Positions 34,353 to 53,814 of a stretch of 64,000 bases of DNA are shown piece by piece; position 1 is the stretch's first letter, and each line of letters opens with the position of its first letter. This stretch comes from the human T2T-CHM13v2.0 reference genome, Homo sapiens. The stretch is taken from NCBI RefSeq assembly GCF_009914755.1, contig NC_060925.1. The stretch is one strand, 5' to 3'. The position numbers were made by a program, and so were the translations under genes. Under the pieces are notes generated by a model, which was given only the letters and a program-made list of their open reading frames with translations, ran no database searches and had not been told where the DNA came from.

Positions 34353-35380
34353 TTAAGGATGTTTACAGCTTAGGGCAATTTTGCATAAAGTAAAATTTAT
34401 GTGTAGGCCTTTTGTAAACATTTGAACTTTTTTGGATGAATATCTAGGAATGTGATGGTTAGGTCAAATGATTAGTTGTGTTTAACTTTGTGAGAGGTTC
34501 TCAGACTGTTTTTGAAAGTGGTGGCACCATTTTGCATGCCCACTAGCAATGTTTAAGAGTTCTGGTTGCGGCTAGGCACCATGGCTCACACCGGTAATCC
34601 CAGCACTTTGTGAGGCCAAGATGGGCGGATCATGAGGTCAGGAGATCGAGACCACCTGGCTAACACGTTGAAACCCCGTCTCTACTAAAAATTAGCTGGG
34701 TGTGGTGGCATGTACCTGTAGTCCCAGCTACTTGGCTTGGGAGGCTGAGGCAGGAGAATCACTTGAACCTGGGAGGCAGAGGTTTCAGTGAGCCGAGATC
34801 ATGCCACTGCACTTAACCTGGCAACAAAGTGAGACTCCGTCTCCAAAAATAAAAAAAAAAAAAAGTTCTAGTTGCTCTGTATCCTCACCAACACTTGGTA
34901 TTGTCAGATTTATTTTTTGTTTTTGTTTTTTTCTCCATGCTAATAGATGAATAGCAGTATCTCATTGTTTTAATTGTCATTTTCCTGTGACAAATGATTT
35001 TGTGTGTCTTTTCATGTGCTTATTTGATATCACATATTTCTTTGGTGAAGTATCTCTTAAGACTTTTTGCTGATTTTTAAAAATTGGGTTGTTTGATTTC
35101 CTTTTTTATGTGTGTGTTGGGAGGGTTCTTCTGGATGAAAAGTTCCTTATCAAGTGTTTTGCAAATATTTTCTGCTGGTCTGTGGCTTGTCTTCATTTCT
35201 CTATAATATCTTTAAAGAACACAAGTTTTAGCCTGGACAACATGGTGAAACCCCATCTCTACAAAATTTAGCTGGCTGGGCATGGTGGTGCACACCTGTA
35301 GTCCCAGCTACCTGGGGGACTGAAGTCTGGGGGGCTGAGGTGGGAGATCATTTGAACCTGGAAAGTCGAGGCTACAGTGA

Positions 35381-35834
<454 letters not shown>

Positions 35835-36260
35835 TAAAATAATGGTGTGAGTTATGGATTATGGTTCATTTTTTTTCATATGGATGATCAGTTATTCAAG
35901 AACCATTTGTTTAAGGCTATTGGTTTTCAATGAATTGCCTTAGTACCTTTTTTCAAAACCAATTGACCATATATGTGGGTATTTTTCTGAATTCTCTTAT
36001 TGTTTCGTTGACCTATAGGTCTGTTGTTTTAATGATACCACATTGTCTTGATTACTTTAGCTTTGTAGTAAACTTTGGCCTCGGGTAATTTGAATCCTCC
36101 AATTGTGTTCTTCCTTTTCAAAGTATTTTGGCTATTCTAGGGTCTTTACCTTTCCATTTAGATTTTAGAATCAGTTTATTGATTTCTTTAAAAAAAACAA
36201 CAACCTGGGATTTTGGTTGAGATTGATTAACTCTATTAAGCATTTTGGGGTAAATTGTCA

Positions 36261-36565
<305 letters not shown>

Positions 36566-36712
36566 TCAAAGCAAACAAATGAAAAACAATATTGTCTTCC
36601 AGTGGTGAATATGGTATATCTCCCCATTTATTTGGATTTTTCTTCTGTTTCTCTCATCAGTATTTTGTAGTTTTCAGCTTTACCACATTTTGTTAGGTTT
36701 ATCCCTTCATGA

Positions 36713-36955
<243 letters not shown>

Positions 36956-37461
36956 TGATTGCCCTGCCTTGGCCTCCCAAACTGTTGGGATTGCAGGCAT
37001 GAGCCACTGTACCTGGCTGTTTTATATTTTTGATGCCACTGTAAATGGTACTGTTTTTATAATTTTGACTTCCAATTGTTTTTATTGACCTTGTATCCTA
37101 TGACCTTACTAAACTCAGTTCTTTGTTGTAGTAGGTGTTTTTTTGTAGATTGCTTGGGATTTTCTTTTTTAAGTTGTCTATAAGGTATACAACACTGAAA
37201 TAATTACTACAGTCAGGCAAATTAACCTGTCACCTTCCATAGTTACCTGTTTTTTTGTCTGGTAAGAGCACTTAAAATCTACGGTCTTAGCAAATTTTTC
37301 ATATGTAATACAGTATTATTAACCGTTTTCCTCATGCTGCCCATTAGGTCTCTAGGCCTGCTCATCGTACACAACTGCCAGTTTTTGCCCTTTAATCTAC
37401 CATTCCCCATTTCTCCCCTTCCCTGCCCCTGGTAACTGCTGTTCTCCTCTGTTTCTATGTA

Positions 37462-38419
<958 letters not shown>

Positions 38420-38767
38420 TGATCTCGAACTCCTGACCTCAGGTGATCCGCCCACCTCGGCCTCCTAAAGTGCTGGGAGCACACAGTGAAAACGACATTT
38501 GCCTGTGCAACAGAAATTAAAATCCTTAGCATGACTTTCAATGTTTTCTATAATCTGCCTTCAACCTGCCCTTCACCCTTATCTCGCAGGACTACCCTAT
38601 AAGAATACTCTGTATTCCAAACAGATACTCCAACTCCCTCCCCCTAAGTTTACCAATCTCCATGGTTTGTTTTTATGGCTTTAAATATGAATTCAATTAC
38701 TTTAATAGATCTAGGACTATCCAGGTTATCTACTTCCATTTGAGTGAACTTTGAGAGTTGTGTTTTT

Positions 38768-38835
38768 ATTCTATTGCTCCTTGCAGAGCAGAGGTACCCC
38801 ATAGGCAGTGTGCCCAGAATAGCCCAGGGGAGCTG
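38768..38835 (-). mobile_element. 68-nt micro-insertion with perfect 13-bp TSD inside L1 ORF2
   Basis: GAGTTGTGTTTTT at 38755-38767 and 38836-38848; TTTT/AA L1-endonuclease site; L1 sequence continues on both sides. Confidence 0.8.
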
Positions 38836-39065
38836 GAGTTGTGTTTTTTAAGGGATTTGTCCATTTCATCTAAGCTATTAAATTTATTGGCACAAAGTAG
38901 TTCACAATATTCCCTTATCCTTTTAATGCCTGTAGGATCTGTAGAGGTATCTTTACTTTCATTCTTCATCTATTCTGTTCTTTATTATTTCTATGTATCT
39001 CTTTATTTGGGTTTAATCTGATCTTTTTCTAGTTTCTTAAGGCAGAAGCTTTGGTTACTGATTGA

Positions 39066-39547
<482 letters not shown>

Positions 39548-39749
39548 TCACCTTACTTGTTTTTTGTTTGTCCCATCCCCATCTCTTTTTTTCCTCAAAA
39601 TTTTTGTTTTCCTTTGGATGATTTTTATGATTTCATTTTATATCTACTGTTAAACTTATTAGCTATACTCCATTTTTTAAAAGACTTTTACTTGATTACC
39701 TAGGGATTACAGTATACATCTTTCTTACTACAGTTTACTTTCAGTAGCT

Positions 39750-39782
<33 letters not shown>

Positions 39783-42037
39783 TGAGATGGAGTTTTGCTT
39801 TTGTCGCCCAGGCTGGAGTGCAGTGGCACGATCCAACTCACTGCAACTTCTGCCTCCTGGGTTCAAACGATTCTCCTGCCTCAGCCTCTGGAGTAGCTGG
39901 GATTACAGGTGTCCACCACCATGCCCAGCTAATTTTTGTATTTTTGGTAGAGATGGGGTTTCACCATGTTGGCTAGGCTGGTCTTGAACTGCTGACCCCA
40001 GATGATACACCCACCTTGGCCTCCCAAAGTGTTGGGATTACAGGCATGAGCCACCGTGCCCAGTCTGCTTTCAGTAGTATTTTAACACTCCATGTATGCT
40101 ATGAGACTCTTATACCTCCAATTCCTCCCTTCATTGTGCGTTTTTGTTGTTGTTGTTGTTGTTTGTTTAAGAGACAGGATCTTGCTCTGTCTCCTAGGCT
40201 GGAGTGCAATGGCACAATCATAGCTCAGTGCAGCCTTGAACTCCTGACTCAAGTGATCCTCCTGCCTTGGCCTCCCCTATAGCTAGGACTACAGGGATGC
40301 ACCACCATGCCTAGCTAATTGTTTTGTTTTTTGGGTTTTTTTTTTTTTTTGCGTGTGTAGAGATAGGGTCTGTGTTTTCCAGGTTGGTCTCAATCTCCTG
40401 GGCTCAAGTGATCCTCCTGCCTCAGCCTCCCAAAGTATTGAGATTACAGGCATGAGCCACTGTGCCCAGCCCTCTTTGTACTCTTTTCGTCATACTTTTA
40501 GTTCTCAGTCCCATAATACATTGTTACTATCTTTGCTTTAGGCAGTTATTGAGATTCACATCATGTGCCTGAATATTGGGTTGGGAAGTCCCATATTTTC
40601 TCTTATGAATTTTAAAAATTTTATCAAAATTTTGGACTAGAAATAATTTTTTGGGTCATTCTTTTTGAAAAGGTGTATGGTTTTTTGCTAAGTGGATCTT
40701 TTCTTGGCTTCTAGTTGAGACCTTTCCACACATAACTTTCCCACCCACTCTTGAGGAAACCTGAAGCCTGATTCCATTTATGTATAGGATCCTTCTGAAG
40801 TCTTGGCTGGAGTTCAGTTTCAGGGAATTAGCAGCAGGAAAGGCTGGAGGGAAGGTCAGTGAGGGCATTTCATTTTCTTCTCTTATTGTTAATTTCCTTG
40901 AGACACCTAAAGAAAAGAAAAAGTACTTTCTACTCCAATCTTTCTACCTTGTTTTAACTCTAGGGTGTTTCTTTTTTTCCCCATTCCATTGTTAAGACAG
41001 GAATCAGGGTTTTTTACAATGTATCACCCATAATCATGCTTTCTACAATAGTCATTTCCTGTTGCCCTCTAAGCTTTGTTCATGGTATTCCATTGAGTTG
41101 ACAAATCATAATTTATAATACATTTCCTTGTGAAGCTCAGCTTTTTCATTATTACAAATTATGCCACAGTAAACATCTTTGTGCATCTTTTATACCTCAT
41201 GAAGTGTATTTCTATGAGCAGGTATCTATATTTTATAACAGCATTTTTATAGTTATTACGTATTATAAATAAGATTTAGAAAAAGAAGGACATTGGGAAT
41301 GTATATACCCTGGGGGAAAAGGTCTTATGACTTTGCCTAGAGAAAAATAAATAGATTGAATTGATTATAGACTTGTTGGAGACAGGTTATTGAGAGGGAA
41401 ATGTCAAAAATTTGGCTATGAATTTCAACTATGCTTTTTTCAGAGATTAGTATTTGAGGTTTAAATACCTCTTAACTGTTTTTTAAAATCAGTATGTTGA
41501 GTCCATTCCTGAGTTGAAATTTTGACATACTTCTTCCTGTTGTGAAATCTGCTTACAAAGATTTAGGCAATGTTTTAATATATATGTATGTGTGTGTGCT
41601 AGTGTGTTGTGTAGGAATAAAGCAAAATCACCACGGAAATGAGGTATTCTGTAACTCTTCATAAAGGACCTATGCCTATGCTGTTTAATATAGTTGTCAC
41701 TAACCATAAGTGGCTATTGAGCACTTAAAATGTGCTAAGGCTAAGGAACGTACTTTTTGGTTTAGAAAACCTTTAAGTATGTTTGGAACAACTTGTGTAC
41801 GACAGTCTACTTTTTAAACTAGACATTTGGCCAGGCACGGTGACTCACGGCTGTAACCCAGCACTTTGGGAGGCCGAGGGGGGTGGATCACCTGAAGTCA
41901 GGAGTTCCACATCAGCCTGGCCAACGTGGTAAAACCCCGTCTCTACTAAAAATACGAAATTAGCCAGGCGTTGTGGTTTATGCCTGTAATCCCAGCTACT
42001 CGGGAGGCTGAGGCAGCCGAATTGCTGCTCAGAATGA

Positions 42038-42602
<565 letters not shown>

Positions 42603-42657
42603 TAGATATAATGGATTACGTAAAACAAAATTAATTCCACCAATTACTTTTTTTTGA

Positions 42658-42837
<180 letters not shown>

Positions 42838-43591
42838 TAGAAGTGGAGTCTCACTTTGTTGTCTAGTCTTGTCTCAAACTGCTGATTTCAAGTGATCTGC
42901 TGCTCACCTCGGCCTTCCAAAGTGCTGGGATTATAGGAGTAAGCCACCGAGCCTGGCCAATGTGGATATTAGGGAATTTAGAATTACATATGTGGCTTGT
43001 ATTTCTGTTGGACGACACTGGCCTACATTGTAGGTGACATGAGTGAAGAAAACCACTGTTTTCACAGCTTCAAAATGTTGTGACTGGGCACAGTAGCTCT
43101 CGTGCCTGTAATCCTGGCACTTTGGGAAGCCAAAGTGGGAAGATCACTAAAGCTCAGGAGTTTGAGACCAGCCTGGGCAACATGGCAAAACTTTGTCTCT
43201 ACAAAAAATACAAAAATTAGCCAGGCATGGTGGCACCGCCTGTAGTCCCAGCTACTAGGGAGACTGAGGCAGGAGGATTGCTTGAACCTGGGAGGTTGAG
43301 GACGCAGTGAGTTGTGATTGCATCACTGCACTTCACCCTGGGTGACAAAGTGAAACCCTGTCTCAAAAAAACAATAAATAAATAAAACATTGCAAACACA
43401 GACAACTCACTGTCTAAAGGAAGATCTGAGTTACTGAGACTAGAGTTTTCAATGTTTAGGTTGTAGAAAGGAGAACAAGGAATGCCAATGCAGGTCGACT
43501 GGTTATAGGTAAAGGGTGGGCATTGTCAGGGTTTACTGCTTAAAAGTAACTAGTGTCCCATTTAAAGTATGGGCTGACTACACAGTTATTA

Positions 43592-43956
<365 letters not shown>

Positions 43957-44723
43957 CTACAAAAAATACAAAAATTAGCCAGATGTGATGGTGCATGCCT
44001 GTATTCCCAGCTACTCGGGAAGCTGAGGTGGGAGGATCACTTCAGCCTGGAAGGTCAAGGCTGCTGTGAGCCAAGATTGTACCACTGCACTCCTGCGTGG
44101 GGGACAGAGTGAGATCCTGTCTCAAAAAAAAAAAAAAAAACTTAAAAAGACAAAAAGGTAAACATGATGGTTGAGGAACAAGAAAAGGACAAAATTGATG
44201 AGCAAAGTGATTAAATACTAAAATGAAAGGAACAGAAGGGTAGAATTAACAGAAAGCCAACTCAAGAAAATTCAAAAGAAAAAGAAAAAACAAGAATTCT
44301 AAGTGTCGGATCCATGAGCCCTTCATACCAGATACAGGAGCCAATGAACCTACCTGAAATTACATTTAAAATAACAAGGAATGTTCATTTATGAGGGGAA
44401 TGTGGTCAGTAGCTTTCATTAAATTCATAGAGGAGTTCATGTCTTTCCTCCACAACAGGCTTGTAATCATAGCTGCAACAAATAAAACAGTAGGCTTCTA
44501 GTCAAAATGGAGTAAGAGGGATCAGATTTAACAGAAACAAGTAAAAATCTGGGGCTGGGTGCAGTGGCTCGTGCCTGTAATCCCAGCACTTTGGGAGGCT
44601 AAGGCGGGTGGATCACCTGAAGTCAGGAGTTCAAGACCGGCCTGACCAACATGGAGAAACCCCGTCTCTACTAAAAATACAAAATTAGCTGGGCAAGGTG
44701 GCGCATGCCTGTAATCCCAGCTA

Positions 44724-44870
<147 letters not shown>

Positions 44871-45925
44871 TTAAATTTCAGACAGTAGGACACCAGGCAT
44901 TCCAGGACGGTGGTTGTTCTCTCAGGTAACCATATGAAGTGAGCCTTACAATTCATCAAACTTAACATCTAAGGAGATTTTCTCAAGCCTCAGTACAGTG
45001 GGTAGGAACCTGGGTGGAACACAGGGGAGTCTCCCTGAGTTGAGATGGGATTGGGAATCTACAGCAACCCAAGGAAATAAAGTTTTCAGGGAAGAGTTCT
45101 GGAGAGGAGAGAACTGGAGATGTGCAGAGTTTCCGCCTCAAGTCTTCAGAGGGTTGACCAGCACATACATGTGAGGTAACAACCCAGGCAAGGGAAGTAA
45201 ACATCAAAAAGAAGCAGAATAAACACTTCTTTTCATGCATTTTGCAAAGGACTGGGAAAAGATTTTATTCCTGCCAGCTACAGAGGAAAGACCTCATACC
45301 TCAAAAGGGGTCAGATAGAATATTTAAAGGGACATTGCAGGCCGGGTACGGTGGTTCACACCTGTAATCCTAGCACTTTGGGAGGCCAAGGCATGCAGAT
45401 CACTTGAGCCTGGGAGTTGGAGACCAGCCTGGGCAACATGGTGAAATCCTTTCTCTACAAAAAAATACAAAAATTAGCCAGGTGTGGTGGCATGCACCTG
45501 TAGTCACAGCTACTCAGGAGGCTGAGGTGGAAGGATCACCTGAACTCAGGGAAGTCAAGGCTGCAATGATCTGTGATTGTGCCACTGTACTCCAGCCTGG
45601 GCAACAGAGTGAGACCCTGTCTGAAAAATAAATAGAAGAACATTGCATTAATAGTGGAAGAAAATTAGTCCTAGACTAAGCTTGCTTTGGTGTTACCTAA
45701 CAAAGCTTAAATGTGAGTTTTGAGAGAAACTGGGACGAAGCTTAAGAATATTATTATATTATGCAAAAATATCTGGCACCCAACAAGGTGAAATTCAATG
45801 TCTGGTATCCAGTTGAAAATTATCAATCATGCAATAAAGCAGAAAAATGCAACCACAATGAGAAAAATACAAACACCTGGAAATGACACAAATGATAGAA
45901 TTAATTGACAAGGATATTGAAACTA

Positions 45926-46588
<663 letters not shown>

Positions 46589-47344
46589 TCAAATTTGATG
46601 AAAACTATAAGCCCTTAACAGGTCTAATGGACCTCAAGCACAAGGAAGACAAGGAAAATAATATCATGACACATAACACTTGAAAAATTGTTCAAACCAG
46701 AAATTGAGAGGAAATATTAAAGGCAGTAGGAACTAGACATGTTACAGATAGAGAAACCAAAGGATGACAGCATATTTCTCATCAGATACAATGCAGGTGT
46801 GAAAACAATGGAGTTACATCTTTAAAGTACTGAAACAAACAAAAAATCAACCTTGAATTCTATACCCAGCCAAAATATCTCTTGAAAACAAAGGTGAGCC
46901 AGGTATGGTGGCTCATGCCTGTAATCCCAGCACTTTGGGAGGCTGAGGTGGGCAGATCACAAGGTCAGGAGTTTGAGACCAGCCTGATCAATATGGTGAA
47001 ACCCTGTCTCTACTAAAAATATAAAAACTTAGCCGGGCATGGTGGCGCATGCCTGTAATCCCAGCTACTCAGGAGGCTGAGGCAGGGGAATTGCTTGAAC
47101 CTGGAGGCAGAGGTTGCAGTGAGCTGAGATCGCACCACTGCACTCTAGCCTGGGTGACAGAGTGAGACTCCATCTCAAAAAAAAAAAGAAAAGAAAGGTG
47201 AAATAAAGACTATTTCAGAAATACAAAAGCTGAAAGAATTCATCACCAGCAGACTTATACTATAAGAAGTATTAAGTCCTTCAGGGACAAGGAAAAAGGT
47301 ACCAGATAGAAGTCTGGATCTACAAAAAAAAATGAAGAACAAGA

Positions 47345-47375
<31 letters not shown>

Positions 47376-47722
47376 GGTAAAACAGTTACTGCTTAAAGGA
47401 AAAAGTACTACAATTAATCATGGGATTTCTTTTACATATATATATAGAGAGAGAAGTAAAATACATGACCACAATAGAATAAGGCCAAGATGGGGGAAGT
47501 GAAATCATACTGCTGTAAGATTTTTTTTTTTTTTTTTGGAGAGATGGGGTCTTACCATGTTGCCCAGGCTACTCTCAAGCTCCTGGCCTCAAGAAAGCCT
47601 CCCACATCAGCCTCTCAAAGTGCTGGAATTTCAGACATGAGTTACTGCACCTGGCATGCTGTAAGATTTTCACCTTGTACATGATAAATCCTGAAGTAAT
47701 CACAAGAAAAATAGAAAAGCTA

Positions 47723-48097
<375 letters not shown>

Positions 48098-48681
48098 CTA
48101 AAAGACTGAAAAGAAGGCAAGGAAAAAGGAAAAAAAGCTGGGACAAACAAGACAAACAGCAAGGTGGTACATTTAAAACCGACCTTTTCAATAGTTATAC
48201 TCAGAATTGTCCCAACACCCCAATTAGCATCACAGACCCTACCGCATGCTGCTTGCAAGACAACCACTCTAAATATAAAGACAATCGGTTAAATGCAAAT
48301 GGATATTAAATGATATGCCTGTAATAAAAAGAAATCTGATGAAACTATATTAGTATCAGACAAAGTAGATCTCAGAACATAGCATATTGCCAGGGAAAAG
48401 GGGATATTTTATGAGATCATAGGGTCAATTCAATAAGAAGTCATAACAATTCTACATGTTCATTTGCCTAAATGACAGCTTCAAAATACATAAAGAAAAA
48501 CCTGATGGAACTGTGAGGAAAAACAGTTTTCACAATTACAGTCAGATTTTAGCACCTCTCAATAATTGCTAAGTAGAAAATTAATAAGAATGTAAAAGAC
48601 TTGAACCACATTATCAACCAACTTGATGTAACAGATATTTACAGAGTACCTAGCAGCAAAAATAAATTATATTAAAAATGC

Positions 48682-48778
48682 GGGTGCAGCACACCAGCAT
48701 GGCACATGTATACATATGTAACTAACCGGCACATTGTGCACATGTACCCTAAAACTTAAAGTATAATAATAATAAAAA
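48682..48778 (+). mobile_element. Young, extremely 5'-truncated L1PA (PA2/PA3-like) 3' end
   Basis: gggtgcagcacaccagcatggcacatgtatac..cctaaaacttaaagtataataa; 18-bp TSD aaattatattaaaaatgc at 48664-48681 and 48779-48796. Confidence 0.88.
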
Positions 48779-48970
48779 AAATTATATTAAAAATGCTTCT
48801 TAAAATAGGGGATTTGATAAACATTTTTAAAAATAAAAACTATACAGCACTCAGCATCAACAGAAAACTTTTTTTCAAGTGCACAAGGGACTTTATCAAG
48901 ATAGGCTAAGTTCTGGGCAGCAAGTATCAATGCATTTAAAAGGATTAAAATCATTCAAAGTGTGACCTCA

Positions 48971-49078
<108 letters not shown>

Positions 49079-49576
49079 CTAAATACAAAAAAATTAGCGG
49101 GGCGTGGTGGCACATGCCTGTAATCCGAGCTACTTGGGAGGCTGAGACAGGAAGAATCACTCGAACCCGGGAGGTGGAGGTTGCGATGAGCCAAGATTGC
49201 GCCATTGCACTCCAGCCTGGGCAACAAGAACGAAACTCCATCTCAAAAAAAAAAAAAAAAAAAAAAAAATCATTCAACGTGTGACCTCAATAAAGTTAGA
49301 AATAACCAATCTCTGGGAAATTAACAAATATTTAGAAACTAAATAATATCCTTCTATGCAGTCCATGTACCAACAAAGAAACCAAAAGGGAAGTTGGGAC
49401 TCATTTTGAACTGAATGAAAAATGAAAGCACACATATCAAAATTTGTAGGATATAGTTAAAGCATGATTCAGAGCGAAATTTGTAGCATAAATACATACA
49501 TTTGAAAAGAAGGAAGATCTTAAATCAATGACCTCAGCTTCTACCTTAAGAAACTAGAAAATAAAGAGCAAATAAA

Positions 49577-49845
<269 letters not shown>

Positions 49846-51065
49846 GCAAATAAAGTAAGCAGAAAAAAGGAAATAATAAAAGATGAGGGTGGAAATCAAT
49901 GAGGTATAAAACAAAAGTAATAAAGAAACTCAGTAGAAACGAAAGGGCTTTTTTAAATTAGAAGATCAATGACATTGATAAACCTCTGGCAGGATTGATC
50001 AGGAAAAAATAGAGGTGACACAAATTACATGAGAGAAGTGACATAACTACAGATATTACGTATATTAAGAGGCAATAAGGCAATATTATGAACAATTTTA
50101 TGCCAATAAATCAGACAATTTAGAAGAAATACCTTGAAAGACAAACTTACCAAAATTTACTCAAGAGGAAATAGTTAACTTCAATAGCTATATAACTTAT
50201 AAATAATTTGGATTTGTAGCTAGAAACCCCACAAAGACAACACCAGGCCCAGATAGCTTTATTATTATATTCTACCATACATTTAAGGAAGAAAAGCAAA
50301 TACAAATTCCCCACAAAGTCTTGCTGACAGTTAAAGAGAACAGAACATTCCCCAACTCACTCTAGGCCAATCAATGCAATTTTCCACATTAACAGCATAT
50401 AAAAGAAAAAAACAACAACTATGATCTCAACACTTAGAAAACATAAGTAAACTCTCAGCAAATTAAGGTTAGTTATTTATGAAAAACCTACATCGATATC
50501 GTGTTAAATGTTGAAAGATTTAATGCTTTCCCTGTACAATCAGGAAGAAGGCAATGATGTCTGCTCTCACCTATTCAGTGTTATACTGAGTGATTTAACT
50601 GCTGCAATGATGAAACAAGAAAAAGAAGCCAAGATAAAGTAAGTAATAGGAAATGGATTTACCCTTTTGACTGAAACAACTGGAAAACTAGACTAAGTAC
50701 ATGAAACAATGGTTTTTAAGATATTGGACATTAGGCTACTGAGTACAGTGAACCCTGATGAATGGGAAAGAAACAGAGCTCTACAATTGGCCCAGCTTAC
50801 TGCCTGAAAATACTTGCTAGAATGAAGGGAGTGGGAACCTAGGTGTAACCTAAACATCTCCCTGCATTGAAGGGATGGAACTGGATTACTGGGAGGCCAT
50901 GGCAACTAGAGTTCTCAGGGTAGCGTGTCAAATAGGAGAGATGCATACAAAGGCAGGACTCAAGACCAGTTGAGCACATTCTTCTAAAGAAAAAAAAATT
51001 AAGGCTAGGTGCAGTGGCTTACGCCTGTAATCCCAGCACTTTGGGAGGCCGATGTGGGTGGATCA

Positions 51066-51359
<294 letters not shown>

Positions 51360-52008
51360 TTACTAGAGCACTGTTTAACAGGCCCATCCGAAGATTGTTG
51401 ACTTCTTTAGAATGTGTGTTTGACTTTACTATTTACCATCTGTTAAAGCCCAAATCTGTGAAGTTAAATGTTAACTTTTAGATTTCTGTCCAGTGGAAAA
51501 GATAACCCCAAAGGTTATAGTTTTATTGCCCTGGAACTCATTTACCAGTTTTGTATCTAACCTAGCAATCTTAATCCAGCATTCTTTTTAAAAATAACAT
51601 GTCTATAAATATAAACTTCCTCCAATACTCTTGGAACTACTTTCATTAGTTTTGTGGTCCTATCATTAATAAGTTAATGTATTTTTGACATGGGTTCATT
51701 CTATTATTTCTGTAAAAGACATATTTTAAACCTTTTAAATATTATACTTTGTTATGGAAGTTCCAAATGGACACTTACCTGAAACAATTAAGGAGTTTTG
51801 CCCTTGAAGTGCGCCTTATAGAATATTTAAGCACAGGCATACCATTTTATTGGTCCCTGGAATGAATCCCAGGTAGAAATATAACTTTAGTCTCCATCTC
51901 TTTCTTTATTCCTACCCTGTGTTGTTATTTTTGTTTTTGGTTCTTGGCTAAACTTGGTTCTATTTCTGATTTGCAGACAGTTTACAAGCTGTTCTCAATT
52001 GATCATAG

Positions 52009-53319
52009 TGAGAGGTGACAGCGTGCTGGCAAGCCCTCGCAGCCCTCGCTCGCTCTCGGTGCCTTCTAGGCCTCAGCGCCCATTCTGGCCGTGCTTGAGG
52101 AGCCCTTCAGCCCGCCGCTGCACCGTGGGAGCCCTTCTCTGGGCTGGCCGAGGCCGGAGCCGGTTCCCTCGGCTTGTGGGGAGGTGTGGAGGGTGAGGCA
52201 CGGGTGGGAACTGGGGCTGCGTGCAGCGCTTGCAGGCCAGCTAGAGTTCCGGGTGGGCGTGGGCTTGGCGGGCCCTGCACTCGGAGCGGCCGGCCGCCCC
52301 GCCGGCCCTGAGCACTGAGGAGCTTAGCACCCGGGCCAGCAGCTGCGAAGGGTGAGCTGGGTCCCCCAGCAGTGCTGGCCACCGGCGCTGTGCTCGATTT
52401 CTCGCCGGGCCTTAGCTGCCTCCCCAGCAGGGCTCGGACCTGCAGCCCGCCATGCCTGAACTTCCCCATCCCCCTCCACCCGCCGTGGGCTCCTGCACGG
52501 CCTGAGCCTCCCCGAGGAGTGCCGCCCCCTGCTCCACGGCGCCTGATCCCATCGACCACCCAAGGGCTGAGGAGTGCGGGCGCACGGGACGAGAAGGGCA
52601 GGCAGCTCCACCTGTGGCCCCAGTGGGGTAACCACTTGGTGAAGCCAGCTGGGCTCCTGAGTCTGGTGGGGACTTGGAGAACATTTATGTCTACCTAAGG
52701 GATTGTAAATACACCAATCAGCACTCTCTCTAGCTCAAGGTTTGTAAACACACCAATCAGCACCCTGTGTCTGGCTCACAGTTTGGGGATGCACCAATTG
52801 GCACTCTGTATCTAGCTAATCTGGTGGGGACTTGGAGAATCTTTATGTCTAGCTCAGGGATTGTAAACACACCAATCAGCACCCTGTCAAAACGGACCAA
52901 TCAGCTCTCTGTAAAACAGACCAATTGGCTCTCTGTAAAATGGACCAATCAGCAGGACGTGGGTGGGGCCAGATAAGAATAAAGGCAGGCTGCCTAGCTA
53001 GCGTGGCAACCCATTGGGGTCCTCCTTCACGTTGTGGTGCTTTTGTTCTTTTGCTCTTTGCAATAAATCTTGTTGCTGCTCACTGTTTGGGTACATGCTC
53101 CCTTTATGAGCTATAACGCTCACCGCAAAGGTCTGCGGCTTCACTCCTGAGCCAGCGAGACCACGAATCGACTAGAAGGAAAAAATTCTGAACACATTGG
53201 AACACCAGAAGGAACAAACTCTGGACACGTAGCCTTTAAGAACTGTAACACTTACTGCGAGGGTCCGTGGCCTCATTCTTGAGGTCACTGAGACGAAGAA
53301 CCCACCAATTCGGGACACA
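52009..53319 (+). mobile_element. Complete solo LTR12 (HERV9; LTR12C/D/E-type), 1311 bp
   Basis: TG..CA termini (tgagaggtgacagcgtgctggc .. cgggacaca); 4-bp TSD ATAG at 52005-52008 and 53320-53323; CpG-rich U3; seven CCAAT boxes; GATAAG/AATAAA TATA-like box at ~52972-52983; poly(A) signal at 53062. Confidence 0.95.
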
Positions 53320-53559
53320 ATAGCAACAATTGGGGGTCTGATATTATGGTCTGCCCATTTGGTTACAGATGTCAACGTGATGGGAGTTTAAATACTCTGT
53401 TAGCTAAAAGATGATAGAATATGTTTTGTGACTCTTTTTCTTTTTGTGAAACTTCGCCTATTTGTTAGTTCAAGTCAAATAAGAAAATGTTTTGTGGCCG
53501 GACGCCGGTGGGTCACGCCTATAATCCCAGCACTTTGGGAAGACGAGGCAGGCGGATCA

Positions 53560-53814
<255 letters not shown>

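Noticed and set aside
51954-53375. Several 60-150 aa ORFs and tandem CCAAT repeats that superficially resemble a repeat-spacer array
   Set aside because: These are the normal GC-rich U3 and NF-Y enhancer repeats of LTR12; not coding and not CRISPR-like.
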